A DNA stretch of 64,000 nucleotides. Origin: Bacteroidales bacterium (GTDB lineage Bacteria > Bacteroidota > Bacteroidia > Bacteroidales > WCHB1-69). The position numbers and the translations under genes are program-made. The notes beneath the pieces were generated by a model, which did not search any database, was not told the DNA's origin, and saw only the letters and a program-made list of their open reading frames with translations. The DNA lies in the NCBI GenBank assembly GCA_016288655.1, contig JAEEKX010000041.1, positions 3,367 to 67,366 on the forward strand, written 5' to 3'. Below, one piece after another: positions 37,318-46,894 of this stretch. The first letter of the stretch is position 1. Every line of letters starts with the position of its first letter.

Positions 37318-37752
37318 TTAGAACACGTTGGGCATGTCATCTTCCATCATGCTCTCTTCGTCGCGCGGGTTGACCGTGCGTTGGAGGGAGGCAACCAGCG
37401 AGCCGATCATCTTGGTGAGTTCCATGAGTTGGTTGCGGGAATACTCCTTGCCGTCCTCGTCCAGCAAGTTGAGCTGGGAAGCGATTTCGGTGTAAACGAC
37501 ACACTCTCTCACAGAACTTTTAGCCATCTTGAGATAATAGACGAACTGCGCTTTGTTGCGGGCGGAACCCTCTGCGATGTTCAAAGCTATGCCTTGTGCT
37601 GATTTAACAAAAGAATCGCCGACAATGGTCGCTCCCGTGCCTGCAAATGCGGCAGCAGCGGAATGTACCCATTTGATGTAGTCAAGTGCTTTGGCGTAGA
37701 TCCGTAAGTCTTCAAAGCGGAAAAAACTTACATTGTTTTCTTGTTCATTCAT
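37318..37752 (-). CDS. four-helix-bundle protein (23S rRNA intervening-sequence protein family)
   Basis: FRFEDLRIYAKALDY..IALNIAEGSAR.....F.YYLKMAKSSVRE matches the TIGR02436-type pattern as I recall it. Confidence 0.75.
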   Translation of the reverse strand: MNEQENNVSFFRFEDLRIYAKALDYIKWVHSAAAAFAGTGATIVGDSFVKSAQGIALNIAEGSARNKAQFVYYLKMAKSSVRECVVYTEIASQLNLLDEDGKEYSRNQLMELTKMIGSLVASLQRTVNPRDEESMMEDDMPNVF

Positions 37753-37785
37753 AATTTGTACGGGGTTTAGTTAGAAAATCGCCGC

Positions 37786-37793
37786 AAAGATAT
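37786..37793 (-). promoter_or_regulatory. candidate -7 box TATCTTTG (minus strand)
   Basis: TAnnTTTG 34 nt upstream of the 37752 start. Confidence 0.45.
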
Positions 37794-37917
37794 AGATTTT
37801 TTTTTAATTAAAATGCCTGTTTTGTGGCCTGTTTAACTCTTTTTTTGGATATTTTTGTATTAAACTGATTATCAAAAAATTACAAAATCTATTTTTATGG
37901 TGTGTAAAGACGTAATT

Positions 37918-40038
37918 TTACTGTTTAATAAACTTTTCAGTTCTTATAATTTGCTGATTATTGCAAATTTGCATAAGATAGATACCTGAGGGAAGATTTT
38001 GGATGGAGATTTCGGTATCTGTCGCTTGGAGCGTGTACTGCGCCAATAATCTGCCGTAGGAGTCGAAGATACGGCAGGAAATTCCGTTCAAATTGTCGGG
38101 AACGACAGCGTGGATGGTGTTGCCGGCGGGGTTGGGATAGAGAGTGCAGTCGGCGATCTGATGGTCGATGACGCCAGAGTGGTCGATGGGCGCGCCCACC
38201 ACGGCGCGGATCATGGGCGTGCCTTTGAGGAAGGGCTCTTGCCAGTTGCTGCCGACGCGATATACCCAGTGGGCGCGCGAGTCGGTGTTCTGGTCGAAGC
38301 CGAGGTTGAGTTGTGTGGCGTGGTTCTGGAAGAATCCGACGTAGAAACTGCCCTCGACCGCCAACGGCTCGTCGATGTAGTAGTTGGCGAAGTCCTCATA
38401 CTGCTGTCCGTGCTTTGGCAGTTGGTGTTCGGCTTCGTAAAGCACCTCACCCGGCAGGCCGTTGTCGTCGTCCCACACCAAGAGGGTGAACTCGGCGATG
38501 TTGGCGTCGTCGAGAACGGAGTTGAACCACATCCGCACGCAGCGCAAGGTGTCGGGCTGGTTGAGTGAGAAGCGCATGGCAAAATAAGCGACAGGGTTGG
38601 TGAGGTTGGAGAGGATAGAGTAGCCGGCTTCGGCGGTGCCGTCGTCGTAGGCGTAGAAATTGCTGAATTTCTGCTGGAAGACGCAGGTGTCGTTGCAGCG
38701 CATCTGACTGCCGGTACCCACCTCCTGGAAGATGTGGGTGATGGTGAAGGTGGCACTGTCGGCGTTGTCGGTGGGCAGCGAGGAGAACTGGAACGGTGGC
38801 GTGGCGTGGACGGCCGCGTCGTGCAGACCGTGTTCCCAATAGGGTTGCGCGTTCTCGTTGTTGGGCGTGTAGTTGGCCACCTGGCTGCCGCCCACTTTCC
38901 GGATGTTATAGGTGTAATAACTGTTCTTCACGTTGTTGGAGAGATTCACCAGCGCGTTTTCAAAGTGGTTGTCCAATTCGCTGTCGCGGTATTGGCTCCA
39001 CGGCATGGCCTGGTATTCGCGCAGGATGGAGGTGGTGGGCATCACGAAGGCGAGGTCGTTGGGGTAGAGGTCGTTGTGGGTGCGGTTGACGTCGAGGCGG
39101 ATGTAGTCGATGTTCCACTGGTCAACGTTGCCGGCCCAGCCGACGATGCCGTTGTCTTCCATGCTGGCGAGGTTGCGGAAGCGGAACTGGAAGTTGTCGA
39201 TGAACCAGCGGCTGTCGGTTATGGGAATCATCACCTGTTTGAAATATTGTTTATCGTTCTCAGCCAGCCAGTTGTCAAGCAGTTCGCCCGGGGCGCTCCA
39301 GATGTGTTCCCAGATCATCTCGTCTTCGAAGAGCGAGTCGCAGGGCATCGGGATGAGGTCGCCGGGAAAGGCGGGACCTTCGAAAATGTAGAAAAGTCCG
39401 GGGATGAAGGGGTTGAAGAGGGTGTCGCCGGCGATGTACATCTCGTCGTCGCCGAGGAAGTAGTCGCAGTACTCATAGCCGGCGAAGACGATGTTGCCGG
39501 TGGCGTAGCCGAATTCGAGGATGAGGGAGTCGTGGGCTTCCGGGCGGTTGCCGAGGCGTTCCCACTCAAAGCCGCTGAGCGAGCCGCCGGCGGGCTGGTA
39601 GTAGAAGCTGAGATAGACGGAATCGGAGGCGTGGATGGCGGAGTTGTTGGTGAAGTTGTAGTCGAGGCGGATGGGCAGGGAGGTGAGGGCGTCGGCGCGG
39701 AAGCCGTCGTTGGCAGCGCGTTCATATACCCGGCCGTTCTCGTCGAGCACGTCCAGTGTCGCCACGCCGAGGGTGGGCGGCCGCAGGGCGAAGCTGCGGT
39801 TGACGTAGGCGTAACGGTCCTGCCATCGACTAGGGTCGGGCAGTCCGGTGTAGTTGGAGAAGTCCTCCACGAAGGGCAGGTGCAGCGGGTTGCGGAGGGC
39901 CTCGGCGCGGGGCGACTGCGCGGCGCGCGCCACCGGTTTGTTGACGGACAGCCCCGTAAGCACCTCCTGCGCCGAGAGTGTGGTGGCGCAGAGTGCCAGG
40001 AGGATAGTGAGTAAGATGATGTTAAGCGGTCTCTTCAT
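37918..40038 (-). CDS. T9SS C-terminal-sorting-domain protein, function unknown
   Basis: Signal peptide. N-terminal LPFVEDFSNY..P..W block (choice-of-anchor-J-like). C-terminal LYPNPAGNTIHAVV...IFDSYGRLL...LPSGIYLMQI, typical of the Por/T9SS type A CTD. Confidence 0.7.
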   Translation of the reverse strand: MKRPLNIILLTILLALCATTLSAQEVLTGLSVNKPVARAAQSPRAEALRNPLHLPFVEDFSNYTGLPDPSRWQDRYAYVNRSFALRPPTLGVATLDVLDENGRVYERAANDGFRADALTSLPIRLDYNFTNNSAIHASDSVYLSFYYQPAGGSLSGFEWERLGNRPEAHDSLILEFGYATGNIVFAGYEYCDYFLGDDEMYIAGDTLFNPFIPGLFYIFEGPAFPGDLIPMPCDSLFEDEMIWEHIWSAPGELLDNWLAENDKQYFKQVMIPITDSRWFIDNFQFRFRNLASMEDNGIVGWAGNVDQWNIDYIRLDVNRTHNDLYPNDLAFVMPTTSILREYQAMPWSQYRDSELDNHFENALVNLSNNVKNSYYTYNIRKVGGSQVANYTPNNENAQPYWEHGLHDAAVHATPPFQFSSLPTDNADSATFTITHIFQEVGTGSQMRCNDTCVFQQKFSNFYAYDDGTAEAGYSILSNLTNPVAYFAMRFSLNQPDTLRCVRMWFNSVLDDANIAEFTLLVWDDDNGLPGEVLYEAEHQLPKHGQQYEDFANYYIDEPLAVEGSFYVGFFQNHATQLNLGFDQNTDSRAHWVYRVGSNWQEPFLKGTPMIRAVVGAPIDHSGVIDHQIADCTLYPNPAGNTIHAVVPDNLNGISCRIFDSYGRLLAQYTLQATDTEISIQNLPSGIYLMQICNNQQIIRTEKFIKQ

Positions 40039-40057
40039 TTCAGTGTTATTGGAAAGG

Positions 40058-40699
40058 TCAGAATTCTATGTTGCCGGCTTGCGGATCAGCCTCGGTGTCG
40101 TCGCTCACGTCGCCGTCGCCGCCGTAATCGACGGGATTGCGGCGCGCCACGCCCACTTCGAGTTTGATCTTCTCGCCCTGTTTGATGTCGGTGCCGGCGG
40201 CGATGGCCTTGCCGGTCTTCTCACGGTACTGTCCGAGCACGAGGTTGGGGGAGTCGCTTTCGGTCTCCACCACGGTGCCCAGTTCCAGCCCGGAGTCTTC
40301 CAGAATGTGCTTGGCCTGGCGCAACGTGATGTTGCCTGCCAACTGCGGCATCTTCACCGTCCGTGGGACGGCGGTGGAGAGCGTCAGCAGCACCTTGCGC
40401 CCGCGCTTGACGTTGCCGCCGGGGTCCGGCTCCTGCTTCACCACGGTGCCCTCCGGCTTGCTCTCGTCGAAGATCTTCACGTTGCTCACCTCGAAGACGA
40501 ACTTCCCTACGGTCGCGGAGTCACGCAGGTCGTTGTAGTTCTTGCCCCGATAGTCGGGCATTGACAACTCGTCGCCGTGGTGGGTGTAGGACGACAAAAT
40601 CCAAAAGGAGCATGCCGCCAAGACGAGCGTGACGACGATGGCCAGCAGGAAGTGGAAGGGCAACCGTCGCGGATGGAAGAATTCAGCAATCTTATTCAT
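40058..40699 (-). CDS. PASTA domain-containing membrane-anchored protein
   Basis: N-terminal TM helix followed by two or three PASTA-like repeats (MPDYRGKNY..., VKMPQLAGNITLRQAKHILEDSGLELG). Confidence 0.7.
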   Translation of the reverse strand: MNKIAEFFHPRRLPFHFLLAIVVTLVLAACSFWILSSYTHHGDELSMPDYRGKNYNDLRDSATVGKFVFEVSNVKIFDESKPEGTVVKQEPDPGGNVKRGRKVLLTLSTAVPRTVKMPQLAGNITLRQAKHILEDSGLELGTVVETESDSPNLVLGQYREKTGKAIAAGTDIKQGEKIKLEVGVARRNPVDYGGDGDVSDDTEADPQAGNIEF

Positions 40700-40747
40700 A
40701 AAGGATTTAAACTACTTTTTTGACAAATTATTATATTCGCGGCAAAG

Positions 40748-41896
40748 TTACATGAAAAAATGGCAGGATGCCTTCTGTGCGATGTGATAGAAGACCTTGA
40801 CACCGATTGGCAGTAGGGCATCGGGGAAGTCGAAGTGCGGGTGGTGCAGCGACGGCTGCTCCGTGCCCGAACCGAGTCCGAAGAGCGCTCCTGGGTAGTG
40901 CTGCGTGAGGAGACCGAAGTCCTCGCCCCAGGAGAAGGGCGTTGGCTTGTCGAGGTACGGCAGCCCGCAGTCGGCGGCGGCACTCCGCACACTCTCCACC
41001 GCTCCGGCGTCGTTGCGGGAGGCGGCGAAGTACTCTTTCCAGGTGATCTCACTCGCAAGTCCGGGCATTTTGGCCGTCTCCTCGGCGGTGACCGTCTCCG
41101 CCTCCCGCTTCATCGCCTGCAGCCGAGCGTCTTCCTTGCTGCGGAGGGTGAAGCGCACGACACCGTCGCCGGCGGTGACGCCATAGGCCTGCTCGCCTAC
41201 GCGGAATTCCACCAGCGTGGCCAACTGAAAGTCGTCGGCCGTCATGTCGTAGCGGTTGAGGGCGAGCAGACGGTCGGTGATGGCTTTGGCGGCGGGGTAG
41301 GGGCAGAGGGCCTTCTGCGGCTCGGCGGCATGCGAGGCCCGTCCGTGCAGCGTGATGTCGCAACTCACAACCGAGCAGGTGAAACTGCCCGGCCGACAGA
41401 CCACCGTGCCGAGCTCCACGCCCGGGATGTTGTGCAGGGCGAAGACGCAGTCGGGACGGTAACGGTCCAAGATACCGGTGTGCAGCAACTCGCCCGCGCC
41501 CTGGCCGGTCTCTTCTGCCGCTTGGAAAAAGAGCAGCACGCGACCGCATTCAAGTGGCTGTTGGTGAAGTTGTTCCGCCAATCCGAGCAGGATGGTGGCA
41601 TGACCGTCATGGCCGCACTTGTGGGCGACGCCGGGCGTGGCAGAGGCGTAGGGGAGATTCAACGTCTCATCCACTCGCACCGCGTCGAAGTCGCCACGGA
41701 ACAGCAGGGTCGGACCGGGACGGCCGGTGTCGAAAACCGCCAGAATGTTGCGGCTGTCGGGGAACAGATGCACCTGCGATGGCTGTTGCTTTTCCAGGAT
41801 TTGGAGAATCAGTGCCCGGGTGTTTTTCTCTGCACCAGAGGGTTCCGCTAACTTGTGGAGCGTGTGGCGGATGTCGGGAAGATCAAGGGGAGTCAT
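40748..41896 (-). CDS. M20/M40-family amidohydrolase (hippurate hydrolase / aminoacylase-like)
   Basis: HKCGHDGHATILLG and LLFFQAAEETGQGA metal-binding blocks. Start at MTPLDL (41896). The long upstream in-frame extension overlaps pgi and is rejected. Confidence 0.75.
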   Translation of the reverse strand: MTPLDLPDIRHTLHKLAEPSGAEKNTRALILQILEKQQPSQVHLFPDSRNILAVFDTGRPGPTLLFRGDFDAVRVDETLNLPYASATPGVAHKCGHDGHATILLGLAEQLHQQPLECGRVLLFFQAAEETGQGAGELLHTGILDRYRPDCVFALHNIPGVELGTVVCRPGSFTCSVVSCDITLHGRASHAAEPQKALCPYPAAKAITDRLLALNRYDMTADDFQLATLVEFRVGEQAYGVTAGDGVVRFTLRSKEDARLQAMKREAETVTAEETAKMPGLASEITWKEYFAASRNDAGAVESVRSAAADCGLPYLDKPTPFSWGEDFGLLTQHYPGALFGLGSGTEQPSLHHPHFDFPDALLPIGVKVFYHIAQKASCHFFM

Positions 41897-41901
41897 GGTC
41901 G

Positions 41902-43191
41902 TTATTTGCCTAACAACTTGAACATGTTCTTTTTGTAGGCCTCTACGCCGGGTTGGTTGAAGGGGTTGATGTCGAGCATGTAGCCGCAGATGGCGCAGGC
42001 GAACTCGAAGAAGTAGATCATCTCGCCGAGGGTCTCTTCGTTGATCTCGGGGATGGCGATGCGCAGGTTGGGCACGCCGCCGTCGATGTGCGCCATGCGG
42101 GTACCGGTCTCCGCGATCTGGTTGATCTCGTTGATCCGTCTCATTTGCAAGTAGTTGAGGCCGTCGGTATTCTGCTCGTCGAAGGGGATGGGCAGGGCGT
42201 GGTGCGAGTGTTCGACGGAGATGACGGTTTCGAAGAGCATGCGCACGCCCTCCTGCACGTATTGGCCGAGGGAGTGCAGGTCGGTGGAGAAAATGCAGCC
42301 GGCGGGGAAGATGCCCTTGTTCTCCTTGCCCTCGCTCTCGCCGTAGAGTTGTTTGTACCATTCGATGAAATACTGGAGGCGCGGCTCGTAGGCCACCATC
42401 AATTCGACGGTCTTGCCGTTGAGATACAGATGGTTGCGGATGATGGCGTACTGCATGGCGGGGTTCTGGGATACCTGGTCGTGTTGGAGCAGTTCTTCGC
42501 GCATCCGACGGGCGCCGGCGAGCAACCTGTCGATATCGAAGCCGGCGATGGCGATGGGCAGCAGACCGACGGGGGTGAGCACGGAGTAGCGGCCACCGAC
42601 GTTGTCGGGGATGACGAAGGTGTCATAGCCCTCTTGAGTGGCGAGTTGCTTGAGGGCGCCGCGGTGCTCGTCGGTGATGGCGACGATGCGGTTGCGGGCG
42701 TCCTCCTTGCCGTATTTGCGTTCGCAGTGCTCCTTGAAGATGCGGAAGGCAATGGCGGGCTCGGTGGTCGTGCCCGACTTGGAGATGACGATGAGGGAGT
42801 AGTCGCGCTGGTCGAGCACGCTCTTCAGGTCGGCGAGGTAGTCCTCGCTGATGTTGTTGCCGGCGAAGAGCACGAGCGGTGTGCCGTTGGTGCGCTGGAG
42901 GGTGGGGAAGTGGGGCTGCAGGGCCTCGATGACGGCGCGGGCACCGAGGTAGGAGCCGCCGATGCCGATGACGACGACCACGTCGGACTGCCGGCGCAGG
43001 CGTTGGGCGACACTCTTCACTTTGTCGAGGATGTCAGTTTGTATGGGCAGGTCGAGCCAGCCGAGGAAGTCGTTGCCGGCGCCAGTACGTTCGGTGAGTT
43101 GGCGGAAGGCGGCATGTGCGCGGGCTTCCGAAGTGGCGAAAAGGTCGGCGGGGAGGAAGTTCCGTGCGCCATCGGTTATGAAGTTCATCAT
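41902..43191 (-). CDS. pgi: glucose-6-phosphate isomerase
   Basis: [20 protein letters not shown] and [15 protein letters not shown] signature blocks, 429 aa. Confidence 0.9.
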   Translation of the reverse strand: MMNFITDGARNFLPADLFATSEARAHAAFRQLTERTGAGNDFLGWLDLPIQTDILDKVKSVAQRLRRQSDVVVVIGIGGSYLGARAVIEALQPHFPTLQRTNGTPLVLFAGNNISEDYLADLKSVLDQRDYSLIVISKSGTTTEPAIAFRIFKEHCERKYGKEDARNRIVAITDEHRGALKQLATQEGYDTFVIPDNVGGRYSVLTPVGLLPIAIAGFDIDRLLAGARRMREELLQHDQVSQNPAMQYAIIRNHLYLNGKTVELMVAYEPRLQYFIEWYKQLYGESEGKENKGIFPAGCIFSTDLHSLGQYVQEGVRMLFETVISVEHSHHALPIPFDEQNTDGLNYLQMRRINEINQIAETGTRMAHIDGGVPNLRIAIPEINEETLGEMIYFFEFACAICGYMLDINPFNQPGVEAYKKNMFKLLGK

Positions 43192-43219
43192 GGTATTTGG
43201 TTTATTTGCGTTGACTTTG

Positions 43220-43227
43220 CAAAAGTA
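43220..43227 (-). promoter_or_regulatory. candidate -7 box TACTTTTG (minus strand) for pgi
   Basis: TAnnTTTG 29 nt upstream of the pgi start. Confidence 0.45.
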
Positions 43228-43410
43228 CGAAAAAATTAGGTTTCAGGAGCAGGGGACAGTTTTCAGTTTTTGGTTTTGTTTTTTGTGGAAGAGAAAAAAA
43301 ACAGGAAGATGCAAACGGAGGTTTTTTTGTGTTTTTTTGCGATTTCAATGGGTTCAGGTCATCCTGCTTCTCTCTCATAATAAAAACACAAAAGCATACA
43401 TTATGAAATT

Positions 43411-44343
43411 TTACAACAGAAAGAACATGGCGACGCCGCTGAGTGTGATGAGGGTGCCGAGCACCTCGCGGGCGGAGATCCGCTGGCGGTGGATGAGCGC
43501 GTAGGGCACGATGATGAGCACCGGGGTGAGTGCCATCAGGGTGGAGGCGATGCCGGCGTGGGTATATTGCACGGCCATGAGCGAGAGCGATACCCCCACG
43601 AACGGTCCGAAGAAGGTGGTGAGGGTGGCGAAGGTCATGCCCTTGCGGTCGCGCAGCGCTGTGCGTACCTCGCTCAGTTGGTGGCGCAGGGCGAGGATGA
43701 GGGTGAACCCTACGAGTCCGGCGAGGGCGCGGATATAAGTGCCGGCGAAGGGGATGAGCGTGCCGAGGTGTGCGGGCGTGTGGGCGGGCAGGTCGGCCAC
43801 GTAGCAGTCGAGCCCGATCTTGCTGAGCACCAGCCCCACGCCTTGCCCCACGCCCGCGCCGATGCCGAAGAGCACGCCCTTCAGCGGCAGCCGCAGCCGG
43901 AAGGAGCGGCCACTGCGCACCAGGATGGAGAAGGCGATGCCGAACAGGGTGACGGCCATGGCTAGCCAGGAGGTCCACCGCATCTGCTCGCCCAGGAAGA
44001 GCCAGCCGGTGATGCCCGCCGTGGGCGGCGCCAGCGTCATGAAGAGCTGCCCGAACTTGGACCCGAAGACGATGTAGGAGTTGAAGAGGCAGTAGTCGCC
44101 GAACACGTAGCCGACCACGCCGGAGAGGGCGAGCCAGAACCACGCCTCGCCCGAGGCGAACGCGGGGTAGGGAAGCCCCGTGCCGACCCAGAGCAGCAGC
44201 GTGAGCATCAGCAGCGACAGCACCATGCGGATGAGGTTGAGCGGCAGCGCACCGAGACGATGGCTCGCCTCGTCGGCAAAAAGCGCCGTCGCAGTCCACG
44301 ACAACGCCACGATCAATGCAAGGGTTTCTCCGAGGTAAGGCAT
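43411..44343 (-). CDS. EamA/DMT family transporter
   Basis: Ten predicted TM helices and a duplicated EamA pattern (ALIVALSWTATALF...). Start at MPYLGE. Confidence 0.75.
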   Translation of the reverse strand: MPYLGETLALIVALSWTATALFADEASHRLGALPLNLIRMVLSLLMLTLLLWVGTGLPYPAFASGEAWFWLALSGVVGYVFGDYCLFNSYIVFGSKFGQLFMTLAPPTAGITGWLFLGEQMRWTSWLAMAVTLFGIAFSILVRSGRSFRLRLPLKGVLFGIGAGVGQGVGLVLSKIGLDCYVADLPAHTPAHLGTLIPFAGTYIRALAGLVGFTLILALRHQLSEVRTALRDRKGMTFATLTTFFGPFVGVSLSLMAVQYTHAGIASTLMALTPVLIIVPYALIHRQRISAREVLGTLITLSGVAMFFLL

Positions 44344-44361
44344 GGTGTTCTTTTCGGACTG

Positions 44362-44369
44362 CAAAAATA
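44362..44369 (-). promoter_or_regulatory. candidate -7 box TATTTTTG (minus strand) for the EamA gene
   Basis: TAnnTTTG 19 nt upstream of the 44343 start. Confidence 0.4.
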
Positions 44370-44415
44370 CAACATTTCTCCGCCGTGAGAAGATGTCGGA
44401 TTCCAAAAAAAAGAC

Positions 44416-44423
44416 GTACCTTT
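44416..44423 (+). promoter_or_regulatory. candidate -7 box TACCTTTG
   Basis: TAnnTTTG 36 nt upstream of the 44459 ATG. Confidence 0.45.
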
Positions 44424-44458
44424 GCACGTTCTTTATTTATTCACCTAAATCCAATGTT

Positions 44459-44704
44459 ATGGGTATCATCATTTCGTTATTATTGGGCGCATTGGCGGGC
44501 TTCCTCGCCGGCAAACTGATGCGTGGCGGCGGATTCGGCCTTCTCGGCAACATCCTCATCGGCCTCTTGGGCGGCTTCATCGGTGGCCTGATCATGCACC
44601 TTTTGGGCATCAACGCGGGTGGCGGCATGGTCGCGCAGTTGGCTGTGGCCGTTCTCGGCGCCGTGGTCCTCTTGTGGATCGTCTCTCTGTTCAAGAAGAA
44701 GTAA
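44459..44704 (+). CDS. GlsB/YeaQ/YmgE family (transglycosylase-associated) stress membrane protein
   Basis: 81 aa, Gly-rich TM repeats LLLGALAGFLAGKLMRGGGFG..GNILIGLLGGFIGG. Confidence 0.8.
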   Translation: MGIIISLLLGALAGFLAGKLMRGGGFGLLGNILIGLLGGFIGGLIMHLLGINAGGGMVAQLAVAVLGAVVLLWIVSLFKKK

Positions 44705-44724
44705 AAATGGAAATCCGAACTTTT

Positions 44725-44759
44725 AGCCCCGGAAGCGTATGCCTTTCGGGGCTTTTTTT
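44725..44759 (+). terminator. intrinsic terminator
   Basis: AGCCCCGGAAG..loop..CTTTCGGGGCT stem (about 11 bp including G-U pairs) followed by T7, 20 nt after the stop. Confidence 0.85.
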
Positions 44760-44831
44760 GCATTCCGTCACCTCATCTTTATCCTTGGAAGATTTTTTTT
44801 CAACAATCATCCCTATCTATAAAAAAAGTTG

Positions 44832-44839
44832 TACTTTTG
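44832..44839 (+). promoter_or_regulatory. candidate -7 box TACTTTTG for SRP RNA
   Basis: TAnnTTTG ending 6 nt before the predicted RNA 5' end. Confidence 0.5.
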
Positions 44840-44844
44840 CAGTC

Positions 44845-44942
44845 GGGTAAGTCTTATACAATCTGCTCCCTTTCAACTCCCCCAGGGCAGGAATGCAGCA
44901 AGGGTACATTGGTCGTAGCGATGTGATGTAAGTAGCTTACCC
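44845..44942 (+). ncRNA. ffs: small signal recognition particle RNA (4.5S type)
   Basis: The terminal helix GGGTAAG.../...CTTACCC closes a ~98-nt hairpin. The apical domain-IV-like core is CAGG-GCA-GGAA-UGC-AGCA: a GGAA tetraloop with a CAGG/AGCA symmetric loop, as in E. coli 4.5S (CAGG-UCC-GGAA-GGA-AGCA). A T-rich tract follows. Confidence 0.7.
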
Positions 44943-44959
44943 TCTTTTATTTATACGTC

Positions 44960-45580
44960 ATGCTACTGAAGATATATCCCGAGAACCCCAACCCCAGAGA
45001 GATCCGCAAGGCCGTGGACGTTTTGCGCAACGGAGGCGTCATCATCTACCCAACCGACACCATTTACGGCATCGGGTGCGACATCTTCATGCCCAAGGCC
45101 ATCGAACGCATCACCGAAATCCTCGGCAACAAGAAGAAAAAGGATGCCATGACCTTCATCTGCCATGACCTCAGCCACCTCTCCACCTTCACCAAGCCCA
45201 TCGGCAACAACATCTTCAAGGTGATGAAACGCGCCCTCCCCGGACCGTTCACCTTCATCCTCGAAGCCAACAACGACGTCCCTAAGTTGCTGCAAAGCAA
45301 CAAGAAGACCGTCGGCATCCGCGTGCCCGACAACACCATCGTGCGCGAGATCGTGCGCGAACTGGGGCATCCCATCCTCTCCACCTCTGTCAAGGACGAC
45401 GACGAGATTGTGGAATATACCACCGACCCCGAGCTCATTGAGGAGCGCTACGGCGACCGTGTAGATCTGGTCGTCGATGGCGGCTACGGCGACAACGTGC
45501 CCTCCACCGTGGTCGATTGCACGTCGGGCGACATCGAGGTGGTGCGCGAGGGCAAGGGCGACGTGGAACTCTTGTATTAA
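44960..45580 (+). CDS. tsaC: L-threonylcarbamoyladenylate synthase (YrdC/Sua5 family)
   Basis: GGVIIYPTDTIYGIGCD, and GIRVPDN..REIV blocks, 206 aa. Confidence 0.85.
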   Translation: MLLKIYPENPNPREIRKAVDVLRNGGVIIYPTDTIYGIGCDIFMPKAIERITEILGNKKKKDAMTFICHDLSHLSTFTKPIGNNIFKVMKRALPGPFTFILEANNDVPKLLQSNKKTVGIRVPDNTIVREIVRELGHPILSTSVKDDDEIVEYTTDPELIEERYGDRVDLVVDGGYGDNVPSTVVDCTSGDIEVVREGKGDVELLY

Positions 45581-45595
45581 CCTATCGGCGTCGGC

Positions 45596-46888
45596 GTGCT
45601 CAGGAAAATCATCAACACCTTCGGTACCAAAATGTTGAGCGCGCTGCTCAACTTCGCCATCGCCGCCGTGGTGTCGCAGGCCGTCGGCGACGTCGGCAAG
45701 GGCGAGCAGACGCTCGTGCTCACCACCGTCGCCTTCATCCTCATCTTTTCCGAAATCGTCAGCGGCGGCAGTCTTGTCTATCTCGCCTCCCGCCATCCCT
45801 TCTCCAAACTCATCCTGCCTTCCTACCTCTGGTCGCTGCTGGTCGGACTTGTCGCCGCCGGCACCGTGCCGCTTTTCTACCACGGTCTGCCCACCGACGT
45901 GGTGCTGCACATCTGCGCCCTCGCGGTGCTCGCTTCCGCCAGCAGTGTCAACAGTTCCATCCTCGTCGGCCATGAGCGCGTGCCCGCCTCCAACTACCTC
46001 AACCTCTGGCAGCCCGTCGCCATCCTCGGCATGCTCTGCCTCTGTTACTTCGGCTTCGGCATGCTCGACATCCACGCCTACCTTCTGGCGCTATATGTGG
46101 CCTACGGCGGCAGTTGGCTCATCGGCATCCTCATGCTCCTCAAGGAGTTCCGCGGTTTCCGGCTCCATCCCCTCCGTGAGTACAGCGACGTGCTCCGAGA
46201 CCTCTTCCAGTACGGCTTCCTCAACCAGACCAGCCACTTCGTGCAGTTCTTCAACCTGCGCCTCAGTTACTATTTGCTCGACACCTTCGTTGATACCGGC
46301 AGCACGGGGGTCTTCTCCAACGCCGTCTCCCTCGCCGAGGCGGTCTGGATCATCAGCCGCAGCATCGCGCTGGTGCAGTACGCCCGCATCGCCAACGCCG
46401 GCGACGGCGACTATGCCCGCCGCCTCACCCTCGACCTGCTCAAGGCCTGTTTCGCCATCTCTCTCGTCGCCATGCTGGTACTCGCCTGCTTCCCGTCGGG
46501 CTTCTACCGCTGGCTCTTCGGTCCGGAGTTCGGCGCTGTGGCCCCACTCATCCGCATCCTCATCCCGGGTACGCTGCTATACAGTGTCTTCCTGATCATA
46601 GGGCACTACTATTCCGGTATCGGGAAGTACCAGATGAACACCTACGCCGCGCTTTGCGGACTGATCTTCACCTTCGCCTGCGGCTTCACCCTCATTCCCG
46701 CCTACGATGTCTATGGCGCTGCCGTCACCACCAGCGCCGCGTATGCCGCCAATGCTGTCTTTGTGCTTGCTTTCTTCCTGAAACGCAGCGGCTTCCGACT
46801 TCGCCAGTGCCTCATCACCTTGGCCGACATCCGCGGCTATCGCCGGCAGGCAGGCGTTTTTTTACAGGAACTTCTTCACAAAAAATAA
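45596..46888 (+). CDS. MOP-superfamily polysaccharide/oligosaccharide flippase (Wzx-like)
   Basis: About 12 TM helices and an N-terminus typical of polysaccharide biosynthesis proteins (INTFGTKMLSALLNFAI). The GTG start is uncertain; an alternative ATG lies at 45632. Confidence 0.6.
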   Translation: MLRKIINTFGTKMLSALLNFAIAAVVSQAVGDVGKGEQTLVLTTVAFILIFSEIVSGGSLVYLASRHPFSKLILPSYLWSLLVGLVAAGTVPLFYHGLPTDVVLHICALAVLASASSVNSSILVGHERVPASNYLNLWQPVAILGMLCLCYFGFGMLDIHAYLLALYVAYGGSWLIGILMLLKEFRGFRLHPLREYSDVLRDLFQYGFLNQTSHFVQFFNLRLSYYLLDTFVDTGSTGVFSNAVSLAEAVWIISRSIALVQYARIANAGDGDYARRLTLDLLKACFAISLVAMLVLACFPSGFYRWLFGPEFGAVAPLIRILIPGTLLYSVFLIIGHYYSGIGKYQMNTYAALCGLIFTFACGFTLIPAYDVYGAAVTTSAAYAANAVFVLAFFLKRSGFRLRQCLITLADIRGYRRQAGVFLQELLHKK

Positions 46889-46894
46889 CCGACC

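Noticed and set aside
40748-42361. Long N-terminal extensions of real genes in the ORF track: 40748-42361 (155 extra codons overlapping pgi), 16147-17592, 55350-58067, 2835-3617, 3556-4059, 36171-37262, 43411-44427, 44342-44704, 19854-20396 and 6746-7720.
   Set aside because: The extensions overlap upstream genes or promoters and are Arg/Pro/His-rich or otherwise non-protein-like. In each case an internal ATG gives the family-typical N-terminus or signal peptide at a sensible distance from a TAnnTTTG box.
43202-44299. A 365-aa ORF in an alternative frame on the same strand as the EamA transporter gene.
   Set aside because: The translation is Arg/His/Pro/Ala-rich low-complexity sequence. The other frame encodes a clean 10-TM EamA protein, so this is an out-of-frame artefact of GC-rich DNA.
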